DNA from: the human T2T-CHM13v2.0 reference genome, Homo sapiens
Strand: one strand, 5' to 3'
Assembly: GCF_009914755.1 (NCBI RefSeq)
Contig: NC_060928.1
Length of the DNA: 64,000 nucleotides
Position 1 is the stretch's first letter; every line of letters starts with the position of its first letter. Shown here in pieces: positions 1 to 13,219 of this stretch. A program made the position numbers and the translations under genes. The notes below the pieces were generated by a model. The model was not told where the DNA came from and did not search any database. It saw only the letters and a program-made list of their open reading frames with translations.

Positions 1-18
1 TTAGAATAAAAGTGCTCC

Positions 19-481
19 CTATTCACAATAGCAAAGACATGGAATCAACCCAAATACCCATCAATACTAGATAGACTGGATAAAGAAAAAGTGGCACATA
101 TACACCATGGAATAATATGCAGCCATAAAAAGGGATGAGATCATGTCCTTTGCAGAGACATGGATGGGTCTGGAAGCCATTATCCTCAGCAAACTAATGC
201 AGGAACAAAGAACCAGGCACTGCATGTTCTCACTTATAAGTGGGAGCTGAACAATGAGAACATATGGACACATGGTGGGGAACAGCACACACTGGGGCCT
301 CTTGTTGGGTGGAGTCGGGGGAGGGAGAGTATTAGGAAAAATACCTAATGCAGGTTGGGCTTAATACATGGGTGATGGGTTGATGGGTGCAGCACACCAC
401 CATGGCACATGTTTACCTATGTAACAAACCTGCATATCCTGTACGTGTACCCCAGAATTTAAAACAAAATAATTTTAAAAA
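19..481 (+). mobile_element. 5'-truncated L1PA (about PA10-13) ORF2 end + 3'UTR
   Basis: Typical L1PA 3' sequence (catgttctcacttataagtgggagctgaacaatgagaac...gtaacaaacctgca); TSD agaataaaagtgctcc (3-18) / agaatagaagtgctcc (482-497). Confidence 0.92.
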
Positions 482-1454
482 AGAATAGAAGTGCTCCATC
501 TCTCAGGTATTTTCCTCTTCTCCACATGTTTTTTCCCTGAAGGGTCCATGAGGGAGAAAGCCTACATGACATAACCAACTGCGTATATGGGGTAGGAGGT
601 GAGGTATACCCCTGGACTCTGTTGGTTTTTTGGTACACAGTGGTGGCCTGATTTCTGTGAAACTATCCCTAACCTTCTTAGTCACCTAATCCTGCAGCCT
701 CTTATGCTGCAGTCTGTAACTAGTAAATTTAGGGACCTATTTTTTTTTTAGCAATGCTTTTTAGGAGACCCAGCCAAGATAGTCCTGGTAGACCAAGCTC
801 CATCTAGGAGCCACTGGATATGACTCCAGAGCCTGAGCTTCTAACCATGTCCTTTGTCATGGAGTCAATTCTTTCTGACAGAGCAGCTCTGCAACAGGCC
901 AAACATTTCTCCACATACCAAAAGTCCTCCTGGCAACTGCAGCCAGCTTAGATTCTCTTTGGCCTGCCCATGTTGTCAGCCTACGTGGGAATGTGTCCAG
1001 CTTCTGAGCTCTCAGCCTTGAGGAAGTTTTATCCTTGAACCCCAGAATGAATGGAAAAAAAAGGTGGGCCACTATGTTACACTATTTCAGGGAAAGACAC
1101 ATTTAAAAATTATAATTTAAATTATGCACTTTGTGTTGGGCCATATAGAGATTCTGAAGTAAGAGCCTCTGGACCTCCTTGCTATACTCAATGTATCTAC
1201 CACAGTTTACACTCTCTGAGCCTGGGGATGAGAAGTGAGTAGTCACGGGTCTAATTGCATCCCTCGGGGTCAAGCTTTCTTCTTGTTTCTCCTACGCACT
1301 CTTCCATGGAGTGACCCATCACCTCACCGGCAGATGGGGCATCCTCTGTAGTGTCCTCCCTGGCTCCATTGTTAATACATGTTGAGAGGGAGAACAACGT
1401 GTATCTCTTGTGCTCCGTGTCACATCTTTTTCTACCTACCCTTTTACTCTAGAC

Positions 1455-1890
1455 ATTGTTTCAGCAATCAGTTGCAGACAGGTGTGACCTGATTATGCCT
1501 TGCTTCTGCCACACTGTGTAAGTCTTGCCCCCAGGACTTCTAAGCCTCTGTAGCTTGAGAATCCCCAGAAATGCACTCAAGCATTCTGAAGCATGCCCTA
1601 CCCTGGAAGTGCTAGAGAAAAAAGTTCCTACCCTTAGGGAAATTCATAAGCAAAGGGGTTGATAACCAGGGCATGAGGCTAATCAGGGGGTCTCCAGTGG
1701 GATTGAGCCTCAGCACCCACCCTCCATCAGATTGTGTGATCAATCTGAAAACATACTTTTAAATTGACTTTTCTTTCCCTTTCGCATATGCAGTCACACA
1801 CACCCTCTCTGGGGTCTTTTCCCAAAATAAACCCCCAACTCCACATTCTTCTTGCCTTGGGCTTGTTTTGGAGGAAGCTAGGCTAAGATG
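1455..1890 (+). mobile_element. ERVL LTR, LTR16-like
   Basis: aataaa followed by a 3' end ...gggcttgttttggaggaagctaggctaagat resembling the LTR16 terminus; strongly diverged. Confidence 0.5.
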
Positions 1891-2043
1891 GAGACCTAGA
1901 AGAACAAAAAAGTCCATTTTCATGAAAATAACCTGACTTAAAACTACATAATTTAATTTTATTTCAAAAATTAGAGTATTATCTCAGTGTTTCTCCTAGT
2001 GTTTCTTTTACAATCAATACAAACTCCATGAAAGGTGGCATGG

Positions 2044-2157
2044 GCATGTAGATAAGAGCATGGACACAAAATCCAGGCAGCCTCTTCCAATCCTGGCTCC
2101 TTAAATGCTGTGGCCTTGAACAACTTATTTAATTTTTCCAAGCTTCAGTTTTTCATG
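2044..2157 (+). mobile_element. MIR fragment
   Basis: aagagcatgg...aatcctggctcc...ccttgaacaacttatttaa...cttcagttttt MIR core. Confidence 0.7.
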
Positions 2158-2355
2158 TATATATATTACACATATACATATTATATATACGTATATATTA
2201 TACATATTATATATACGTATATATTATACATATTATATATACGTATATAATATATATTATATATGTATACATATTACGTACATATACGTAATATATATAC
2301 GTATATTATATATTATGTATATTATATATGTATATATAATATATATAATATATAC
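2158..2355. repeat. TA-rich minisatellite with a 26-bp unit (tacatattatatatacgtatatatta)
   Basis: Three near-perfect units from 2175, then degenerate (TA)n. Confidence 0.9.
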
Positions 2356-2764
2356 TTTATTTCAATGAATCTTAAAACTTATCTTTTAACTGAGGCCCAG
2401 AAAATGAAAGCAAACTGCTCAAGGTCCCACAAGATCTCATATCTCCTGTCCCCCAATCTAGTGCATAATTTTTCCCCAGACTGGCAGACATCAAAGAGAA
2501 GAGATGAATTTTTTGTTCAATTTGTGCCCCACTAAAGATTCTCCCAAAGAACATTCTAAAGTGAAAATTCTAGGGTAACAATGGCAATATGATGGTCTTC
2601 TCTCTTTCTTTTAAGACTAGATATAAAATTATTTATTTCTTAGCAGTCTATAGTTAAATAGAGTTTACAAGGTGTTTTTTGATATCCATCATCTCATTTT
2701 ATCAACAAATAAACTCTGAAAAGAACATGGAATAAAAGTTTCTAGCTCCACTTAGTAGATTAAT

Positions 2765-4000
2765 TCACTCATACACTAATTTATATATTCATTCACTTGT
2801 TTTTTAACTCATTTTCTGTCGATTATGTGCCTCACATTGTGACGGGCAATGAGAATATATAGATGAGCAAGCTATAGCCCTATCCTAAACATTTTCACAG
2901 TCTAGTGGAAAAAAATAAGCATGCAAACAGAAAAAAAAATGCAGTACTAGTTCTATGATCAAAGCAGCTATGGACTGTCTTGAGGATACAAAGAATGAGA
3001 TAATCCTACATGGGGATAGGGTGAACAGGGAAAGGACTGATGCTCGCTCTGGCTTCAGCGATGAGAGCTTTTCGCTAGATAGCTAATAGATGCAGGGAAT
3101 TCTTGACCAAAAGAACAGAACACACAAAACCACAGAGAGATGGAAAACCTATTATTCAGGAACTAAAAGTACTATGGCATGTCTGAATCATAGTGTGCAA
3201 CAAAAAGTAGGATATGAAAAAGGTGGAGGAGAAGAGAGGTTGAAGAGGTGAAGAACAAATTATAGTGGTTAATCTGTAACTGGTCAAAAGGAGATTCTAA
3301 TGTGTATTACACAAGAAGATGCCACAACCTGATGTTCGTTTTACCAAGTTCACTCCAGTAGCATCAGGAAAAGTGGACTTGTGAGATAGAGGTTAGTGGC
3401 AATAGGGCCAGTTAAGAAGCTGTTGCTGTCATTCAAGAGAGATGATGAAGGCATAACTTAAGGCAGAGCAACGAGATAGGAAGAATACAGATGTTAGATA
3501 TTTTAAAGAGGTGGAGTTGTTGGATTACCATCACTGACCGCATGCGAAAGATGATAAAAGGAATCATTCAGAGTAACTCCCACATTTATTTCATAGATTA
3601 CTGAGTGGATGGTGTTGCCATTGTTCCATATTGAGATGTTAAGAAGAAAACAGTAAGGAACAAAAGACAGTAAAGTATGGACATATTGACCTTGAGTTAT
3701 ATAGAGAAATAAGCACTTACTATTTGACTAGTTAGTCTACAGTTTAGCACAGTTAAGGATTGTGGTTAGAAGCCTGGATTGGTGGTTCATTACCAAATAG
3801 ATGGTCATTGAAGACATTGAATAAGATGACATTGCTTAAGAAAGGTTTGCAGAGTAAAAAGTGAAGAGAACTGAGCTCAGAACTCTACCATCTGAATGAA
3901 TAAAGGTGGATAGAAGGAATAGACCCCATGAAAAGTTTAAGGTGAAATATCCATAGAATTAGGTGGAACAAAAAATTAAATTTAACTGTGAAGGAAAGGA
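2765..4000 (-). mobile_element. L2 (LINE-2) 3' region, degraded
   Basis: cattc-type tail remnant then tatgtgcc...cacagtctagtgg and purine-rich L2 antisense body. Confidence 0.65.
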
Positions 4001-4219
4001 GAAGGGTGTTTCTTAACCTACACAGGGACTTAGAGTCCCAGAAGGGCATTGCTGCTGCTGTGTTATGGGAGACTCAAGCATTTACATTGGCTATAGAGAA
4101 GAAGCCATTTTTTCAATTCCAAGGGAAATGTTAAGTCGGGTTCTGGTTTTACATCCCAGGAAATATCAGAAGAATGAAAAGGTGAGTTGAAACAAAGGAA
4201 TGGAGAGGGCTTCATGTTT

Positions 4220-4726
4220 GTATTAGTTGCCCATGGTTGCCATAAGTTGGATTGCTTAAAACAACAGAAAATTATTCTCTCATAGTTCTAGAGACTGTGT
4301 GTCTGGATCAAGGACTAGGCAGGGCCACTCTGCTTCTGAAGGCCTCAGAGAATCCTTTAATTGCCTCCTCTGGCTTCTGGCTTCTGGTTGTTGCTGGAAA
4401 TCCTTGACCTTCCTTGACTTGTAGCTGCGTCACTACAATGCCTACCTCCAACTTCACAGGACTGCCTTCCCGCTATGTACACTTCTGTGTCTCCAAATCT
4501 CCCTCTTCTTTAAGGAAAGCAGTCATTGAATTTAGGGCCTATTCTAATTCAATTTCATTACGCTCTGGTTTCTCTTCAAATCGTATAAATCTTTCGCCTT
4601 TTACTAATTCAATTTCACCTCATCTCATGTTGGTTACCTCTGCAAAGACTTCATTTCCAAGTAAAATTGCATTCTTAGATGCCAGGTGTTAGGATTTCAA
4701 TATCTTTTTTGGAAAGACCTACAACA
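4220..4726 (-). mobile_element. MaLR LTR (MLT1C/D-like)
   Basis: Begins tgtattagtt, has ttaaaacaacagaaa..attctctcatagttct and ctctgcaaagac motifs; interrupted by a U5 fragment. Confidence 0.8.
4560..4607 (+). pseudogene. 3'-truncated U5 snRNA retrocopy (5' about 48 nt, including loop I)
   Basis: gctctggtttctcttcaaatcgtataaatctttcgccttttactaa matches the U5 5' end with the invariant GCCTTTTAC loop; flanked by direct repeat ctaattcaatttca (4544-4557, 4604-4617). Confidence 0.9.
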
Positions 4727-4903
4727 GCAGCACACACAATGGATGCATATGTATAGTTACTATTGCAGGGATTAAGGCAGGAAATAAGAGGGTCCATGAC
4801 TCACACAGCCTATATGACCTCAGCAAACTGAAATATATGGTTGTCTAATGAGAGACTGAGGGAAAATGCAGACATACAAATTCCAATACACCATGAAAAG
4901 TAT

Positions 4904-4982
4904 TTAAGTTGGTGCAAAAGTAATTGCGGTCTTTGCCATAAAAGTAATGGCAAAAACTGCAATTACTTTTGCACCAATCTAA
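4904..4982. mobile_element. MADE1 (Hsmar1-derived MITE)
   Basis: About 80-bp inverted repeat ttggtgcaaaagtaattgc...gcaattacttttgcaccaa with TA at the flank. Confidence 0.95.
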
Positions 4983-7081
4983 TACTTTAGTAAGAGCCTG
5001 ATCGTGGCATGCTGTGGGAACACAGGGGAGGGATTGAATTACGCAGCATAGACCAGAAGATGAAAAGCCTTCTCTAAATTGAATGATGGCTGTCCTTAAA
5101 GAAGAGAGTAAAAAACAACTTTAATCTAAAAAGGCGATTAAGACTCTATGTCCCACTGAAAGTGTGTGTGACTGGAGAATATTCCAGGCAGACAGAGCAA
5201 TGGGGGCAAAGGCATAGGGTGTAGAAAGGCCAGAGAAGTTCATCAGTTGCCCACAATGCCACAACCAGCTGTGATAGGACTCTGTACTGTTTACTCCAAA
5301 TTCCATCTTTCTCTCCCTCTGACATCCTGGAGAAAGAAACAGTGATGTTGAATCCTTGGCCCAAAGTGTTTATTTTTTGATAGGGTATCTCCTTACCTGT
5401 TGTCCCATTATCAATCCCCAAAGGCCTTGAGGTTTACTGAAATGCATAAGGTGGAAGTAATGATTAATGTATCCCAGGCCAAGAAGCTGCAGGAGCAGGG
5501 ATTCCTGGCTCCTCACAGAGATGCCATTGTTCCTCTCTGAGACGGTGTCCCTCCCTCTCACACCCTGACCACGGCTTCCCCAAGCAGAGTGTTTATGTGT
5601 TGAGTGCAACACTCCGTGGACTTCAGGGTCTAATGGGGTGTGAGAGGGGGCCTGGGGTTTTTCATCTTGTTTTCAGCTGTACAAACACCCCACACTTTCC
5701 CCTTCCACTCAGCGTTTAAGCTCAGGCCTGTTAAGATACCAGAGCTGCAAGGTGTTGGCAGGGACTCCACAAGTCGAAAGAGAGAGACCCAGTGCCTTCT
5801 ACCCTAACACCAAAGACATGGACAGTGTTTATTTTCTCACCCTTCACCTAAGCTCTCAGGTAAACATTTCACTGTTTGATATTTTGGAACTTCTCTACAG
5901 CTTCGTTAAAAAGGAGGAAGATGGGCACTATGTTGTCCAAAGCAAGTGGAACCTGCTTCTCCAAAATGCAATGAGAGCAAATGAATTAAGAGATTTTCTC
6001 TCCCATTTATTATGGATTTACTTTTCCTTTCCTTCTTTTTTGTTAACCTGTTAACATTGACTTAAGACCTCTTCCTAACAAGTGTAACCTTTTAGAAATT
6101 CTTTGGGACTGACTGATTAGGAAGCAAAAATAGATTCAAAGGAAAAGAGAGGCAGGAAAAAGAAACCAGCAAATGCTGAGCTCCCCTTATGCATCACCGG
6201 CTGTGATGCAAACTTGTATTATTTCACTTAATTCTCACAATGACTTGCAAGGTGAGTGCCATTTTCTTCTTACTACAGGATAGAAAATCAAAGAAGATAA
6301 CCTAAGGTTTCAGTCAAGGTCTTTCTAGCTCCAAAGCCCATCATGCTTTTTCTCTCTCTCCACCATGCTGATTTGTCATCAACCTTACAAAAAAAAATTA
6401 TAGAAAGAGAAAGAGATGTGTACATCATCATGAAATAGCCATTATTTTGATCAAACACTCGCTATTTGCTATTCAGATATAAGTGATTGCATGATTTAGC
6501 AAAAATAGCCAATAATCGGCATCATAAGAAATGACTTCAAGTCCTAGCTTGGCCACTTAATATTGAAATTAAGTATGGAATAAGCTATATTTACGGAGGT
6601 CAATTAAAAATCAATGTTATGTTTTTCCATCACTATATTGTCAATTCATCTTTTGAGCTTTCTTCCATCCTCTGGCATGAAATCATAGGCAGATTCCAAA
6701 CCATTTAAGTTATACTCAGGTATTAGAGCAATTAGCTATTGCTAAAATAATGCTACATTATTTTACTACCTCACACCCAGTAGCTAAAAGTAATAATTAT
6801 TTATTACTCTTAAGAACCTGTGGATTAGGTGGAAGCTCACTGATACAGGCTGTTCTTGGTTTCAAGATGTAGTTTGTGTCCAAGGCTAATTTAGGTGACT
6901 CTCATTTTCTTCGGACAAGTGACTACTCAGGAAATTTTCTCATGATGATTGAAGGCAGACATACAGTGAGGACAATGGAAACACTAGATCTCTCTTACCA
7001 ACGAGGCTTAGAACTAGCCCTCAGATACTTCTGCTCACATTCCATTGGCCCAAATAAGTTACAGAACTGAACTCAAAGGGC

Positions 7082-7480
7082 TGTGTGGGGACAGACCCAC
7101 AGGTAACCCCAGTGATTCCTGCCTTCTGGTATTTACGCCTTTGTGTGAATAATCCCCTCCCCTTGAGTGTGAGCAAACACTCACAACAGACCAATAGAAC
7201 AATAAAAAGGTACAAACAAGGACCTATGACTTGTTTTTAGCCAACGGAATACGGCAAAGGTGAGGGATGCCACTTCCGTGATTACACTACATTATATAGA
7301 ACTTCGTTTTGCTGGTAAACTTACTCTTGAGATTCTCTCTCTAGAGAACTCAGAAGCAGCGAGCAGCCAACTTGGGAGGCCCATGTTACAAGGAGATGAG
7401 GATGAATTCCATCTGACAGTCAGCAAGAAGCTAGGGCCATCAGCCCTTCAATTGCAAGAAGATGAATTCTGCCAACAATT
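7082..7480 (+). mobile_element. MaLR LTR (MLT1F/G-like)
   Basis: aatcccctccccttgagtgtg, ccacttccgtgattac, gaattctgccaacaa motifs. Confidence 0.7.
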
Positions 7481-7669
7481 CTGCCCAAGGGAAGGACACA
7501 ACTTGGAAATTTTCCAAACTTTGGATGTACAGACATTCTCAATGGAGCCCTCTCTCTTTGCTGTGCTGTTATGAAGCATATCCTTCCAGTTTCTCCTTTA
7601 GAGTGCTATTTTGTTTTTCTTTAGGGCTGATTAAGATTCCAGTCTCTTTGTCACTCAAAGCACATGTTG

Positions 7670-8001
7670 ATGGCCTTTGCAGCAACATGGATGGAAATGG
7701 AGGCCATTACCCTAAGTGAATTAACACAGGAATAGAAAACCAAATACTGCATGTTCTCACTTATAAATGGGAGCTAAACACTGAGTACACAAGGACACAA
7801 AGAAGGGAACAGTAGACACTGGGGCCTATGAGGTTGGAGGGTGGGAGGAGGGGGAGGATCGAAAAACTACCTATCAATTATTATGCTGATTATTTGGATG
7901 AGAAAATTATCTGTACATCAAACCCCACAACATGCAATTTACCCATGTAACAAACTTACACATGTACTTGTTGAATCTAAAATAAAAGTTGGAAAAAGAA
8001 A
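7670..8001 (+). mobile_element. L1PA16/L1PB-type 3' end
   Basis: gcagcaacatggatgg...gaaaaactacctatc...aatctaaaataaaagttg; degenerate TSD aaagcacatgttga/aaagacacgtattga. Confidence 0.85.
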
Positions 8002-10998
8002 GACACGTATTGAGTTCCAAATGGCTTTCCGAAAACTCCCTTACTTCATTTACATTGCAGCCTGGACTTACAAATGGGGGAATACACCTCTCCTTTGCTC
8101 TTTGGAAAACATCACACTCCCAAAATAGTGTTCTCTCCAGAAGTTCCCATTACCAAGCTGTCTCTTAACAAGCTATTCACCTTCCTTTACACAACCTGGA
8201 GATAAGCGAAGGGATAATGTAAGCAAGACCAGTTCAGCAACACCGTCTTTTCAAGTTCTGCTCAGATAATTTTTCATATGATTTTTGTAAGGAAAAGACT
8301 ATTACAAAATAAAATCTGGCAACATTAACCAGCATTTTAAGCCCCTATCACATGCCCTACCCAGCACTCCTGAGATCAACTAGCTTTCTTTTGTGTTTTT
8401 TAATAACATTATCAATATATTATATTCAGATGTATTAGTAATCTACAACTATTTCTACATAAATAAAAATTAACAAGCCAAATGGGAAACTGTCAGCTTT
8501 ATTAAATGTTTTAAACTTCTAAATGCACTGCTTACCTTTAGTGTTAGAAATTTGTAGCAGGAATGTATGAAAAGACTGGTAGTGAATATATTATTCCACT
8601 GGTAAAAGTAAATTGAATTTCAGTGTTAGTAAGACTGGCTCATATAGGAGTTCTTTACAGAGAATAGGAACAATTCAACATTGCTGAAAACAACTGCCAG
8701 AGCTCAGGGGGAAGTGCTCTCTCTTTGATCAACCCAAAAGGAAGATATCATTAATTACCGTCTATAAACCAGTACCTGAAGTACACAGCATACTCAATAA
8801 GCCACCTCAGATCATTCTGATACCCTCTTATTCATAGGTATTCAGTTCATGCACTAAACACAATCCATCACTGATCAGATCAGCAAATGCAGTCTCTCTC
8901 AGCACAAACGACAAGAGACAAACCACTCTAAACCAAAAATACCCTAATACGAGGACAGAAACTGGATGGTAAGTTTGTTGGATGCACCAAGTCCTTAAAT
9001 CTTGTTTTATGATTTTTAGAGAGCTCTGTAATGGCTTCCTAGGTGTAATGGAAAGAGTGCATTTTATTTCCTTTTAGATTTTCCACAAAGCAATATAATT
9101 TTTAGGAGGAGCTGCCTCAGAAGTTCATCCAGAACAACTTTTTCATTAATCCACTCAAAATTAGCTCATATTTTGGACATTATAGTCTGAATTATTTACA
9201 AATAAAATGACTGCCAACTATATGCTTTATCTGATACATTGATAAATACAGAAATGAAAAAATAAGGTGTTTTGGTAAATTATTTTTGAAACCACATGTT
9301 CACAAAATACATATTTTCACTCCCTAATAAATAAATTAGGACTGGCCAAGTGCACTGTGTACAATTTGTCTCTTAATTTTGAACTCATGTGAATGTCCAA
9401 GAAAACTCAATCTCTCTGCTTCAGAATTCTTTGCACTTCATTCTTACACACATTTGGTTAGTATAGTTTTATGTCCAAAATGTTTCCTCCCATTAGAAAA
9501 AAAAAAACTTTTTCTTGGGATCAAAAAAATCATACTTGGACCTCAATCTCTTAAATTCCCCAGGGGCAAGTGTTCCAAGCATATTATAAACTTGGCACAA
9601 TGCATCATTATCTCTGCTAACCAACACATCAAACTGTGTTCAAGGGTGATTTAAAGGGCTATAAAATAAGACTTTTTTAAAAAGTGTACAGGTAGATAAA
9701 GATAAAATAAAATTCCCTTAGAAAATGTACACTTAATTTGCTATAAACAAAAAGGAAGGTTTTATATATACATATAATATAGTCTTAAATGACTGTCTGT
9801 GTATACATTCAATTGCTTGAATATCTAAAAGTAATGTTTTCTTTCAGATACTCAAAGAAATGTCTATTTTTAGCCATCAACTGCTCCTCTAGAACAATTA
9901 AATTTGGCGCTTTGGAGGGATGAATATAGATAATCCAGCTACACAAATTGCTAGGGCTGCAGAGTTGAACATTGCTGACATCAAGAAGAAAGGCAATGTG
10001 TGCCTGAGTCCATCAAAATAGGCTTCAGGTCTTAGCAGAAAGTCTTCCATAATGAAGTACTACCTTCCGAGTATCTGTTCCACACAAGCTGATTACTCTA
10101 AGCCCCATTACTCATCATTCATTCAGGGATAAGCAAGCCTAAGCCATTTTGGGATGATGAGAAGGTCTAGCTGAGAGCTTGTGAGAGATAAGCTTTCTGG
10201 CTTTTGTGAACTTAAGCCAGGTTTACTCCCTCCTACAAGTCATGGATAAGGAAACTTAGCACCCTGGGCAATTGACAGGCATATTGCATTTATGAGGAAA
10301 CCTACCTTAGGATGAACATGATGTTGACCTTGATGACATTAACTGTTGGATCCACCAAACTGAAAGTTCATGCTACGTCTGGATTCTGTCTCACTTGCAC
10401 AAATATGTTTCTATAATGTTCAGGTTCATTACAGTTTAAATTCCATTAATTGCTGCCTAAAGCATCCCAATAGATATACTTTATTTTCCTTTCACGTCAT
10501 TCCTACATCAAACCATAGAATGGGAAAGGCTGCCAAGATTTCGGCCAAGATTGTGTCTAAGTTTAGTTTCTGCCACTACTACAATATTTACCATGGTCTA
10601 CATTTAAACACCTTATATAAGTCTAACACATTGAATCGATTAAATTAAGCTTTACTGTCTGTTAGAAGCTGCTGAGCAGGCAATTGAATGTACTGGTGCT
10701 ACTTTTACAAAATGATTTCCTCTATGTATTAATGTAGAACATAGATAGCTACAGAGTCCGTTAGACCAATGTTACTGAAACGCTACTGTCAGACACATGG
10801 TGCATTTGGAGATAGGCAGCATAACATAGATAAATGACGGTCTACCCGAGGAGACAGGCAGATGCACTCTCATTGAAACACACTAACACATGATATCATA
10901 GAAGTATGTGCAAAAAATGAAAGGATCCAAGAAAAGAGTTGTTTTGTATTCATGGCTTTGTTTCTTTTCTCTTCCTGCATAAAAAATATTAAACTTTC

Positions 10999-11307
<309 letters not shown>

Positions 11308-11325
11308 AAAAAATATTAAACTTTC

Positions 11326-11529
11326 AACCTGGGCAACATGGAAAAACCCTGTCTCTACAAAAAAATACAAAAGTTAGCTGGGTATGGTGATGTGTGCCTG
11401 TAGTCTCTGCTACTGGGGAGGCTGAGGTGGTAGGATTACTTGAGCCCGGGAGGCAGAGGTTGCAGTGAGGTGAGAAGGCACCACCGCACTCCTACAACAG
11501 AGTGAGATCCTGTCTCAAAAAAAAAAAAA
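11326..11529 (+). mobile_element. 5'-truncated old Alu (AluJ-like)
   Basis: aacctgggcaacatgg...ggattacttgagcccggg...A tail; CpG-depleted. Confidence 0.85.
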
Positions 11530-12282
11530 TTAATTAAACTTTTTCTCTAAAAGTAATGTTTCTCTGCATGTGCTTGAATATAGAGGTGAAGGGAAAAGCT
11601 GACCCAGAAAACAAAGTATTAAACATTTTTATTGATTTTCTCATGGAGGGGTGTATATAGAGGGGTGACACAGGGGTGGGTAATGAGGAAACTGGAAGAT
11701 ACTATAGGCATTTTATTTTACAAAGAGGCAACACAAAGAGTAAGAAATCCAGGATTCTTGTCCAGCATGAGCAGGCAGCTTCCATCACTGAGTCTCAGTT
11801 TTATCATGTAAAGCAATCACTGCCCTGCCATATCCCATTTTACAATTGTTGGGAGGAGTATATAAGTATATACCCTTATTTTATACAGATGCACACACAC
11901 ATATATGTACATGTATGTGTCTATATCTAGATATCTATATCTATATCAACATTTTAAAAAGTGAGACAATAATCCTCACAAGCTTGGGGGGTTGAAGAAA
12001 TGCAGCTAGTCTAATCCACGTGAAAATAAATATCAGCTCTGAGCCACTTCATTATAAATGCTAATCAGCATATTTGAAGAAGTGTATCTGAGAAGACAAA
12101 ACAACCAGCAGACTTATTTTCAGAGCATGTGTGAGTCATGGGATGAAGTCCTATTGGGTATGTGCACTGAAAAGTAAACTGAATCACACCTAAGGATTAC
12201 TTTGGCAATCGCTTTCTACAACAAAAGGGAAAATCACAGATACAAAACTTTTATGTTTTAGTTTTCTTAGTTTTTTTCCCCT

Positions 12283-12925
12283 CTTTAATTTTAACAACTT
12301 TACTGAGATATAATTTACATACCATAGAATTCACCCATGTAAAATGTACAATGCAGAGCCTTTAAGTATATATACAAAGTTTTACAATATTCACCAAAAT
12401 CTAATTTTAGAACACTTTTATTATCCCCAAAAGAACCTTATACCTTTCAGCAGCCATTCCCCAAACACATTCTACTCTCCCCTGTCCGGCTCAGGGCAAA
12501 TATCAATCTATTTTATATCTTATGGGTTTGTCTAATCTGGACATTTATATGAATAAAACTATACAATGTGTGATCTTTTGTGACTGGCTTCTTTCAGTTA
12601 GAATAATGTTCTCAAACTTCATCCATGTTGTAGTGTGCATCAATACTTTTCTCCTTTTTATGACCAAGTAATAATATTCCACTCCAAGGATAAACCACAT
12701 TATGTTTATGTATTTATGTATTTCAATTGTTTCTACTTTTTGGCTACTGTGAATCGTGAAACTATGAACATTTAGATACAAGGTTTGTGTGGACATATGT
12801 GTTCATTTCTCTTGGTTTTATACTTAGGAGTGAGTTTGTTGAATCATATGGTAACTTTTTAAAAAACTGCTGAATGTTTTCCAAAGAAGTTGCACCATTT
12901 TACATTCTTACAAACAATGCATGAC
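12283..12925 (-). mobile_element. L1MB-type 3' end
   Basis: tttactgagatataatttacataccat...ttcacccatgtaaaatgtacaa, then ORF2 C-terminal remnant (ORF 12545..12796). Confidence 0.85.
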
Positions 12926-13219
12926 TTTTGTTTTAATCTAATGTTACAAGTTAAATAATAAAGTTTAATTTTTCTTATTTCATAGTGACAATACATTTAT
13001 TAACTGCCTTTCAATTTCTCCATAAGATATGCCTGTTGACATTAAAATAAAACATCATATTTGTTATTTTCAATTTTTTTGTGTTTATTTACCCACCTAA
13101 TCCAGATTTCTTTTTTGAGACGATGTTTCTTTTTTAAATGTTGAATGTTTTGTGTTTAAACATATTGGTCATTAGCCAAAGTGACTTATAAATTTTTTAC
13201 CTTTTAAATATTCTGAGTA

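Noticed and set aside
500-1450. Possible second LTR16-like end near 782 with ERVL internal sequence
   Set aside because: Only a short terminal motif (ggagacccagccaagata) supports it; too diverged to call
9920-10021. 33-codon small ORF MNIDNPATQIARAAELNIADIKKKG...
   Set aside because: Length expected by chance; no homology recognised
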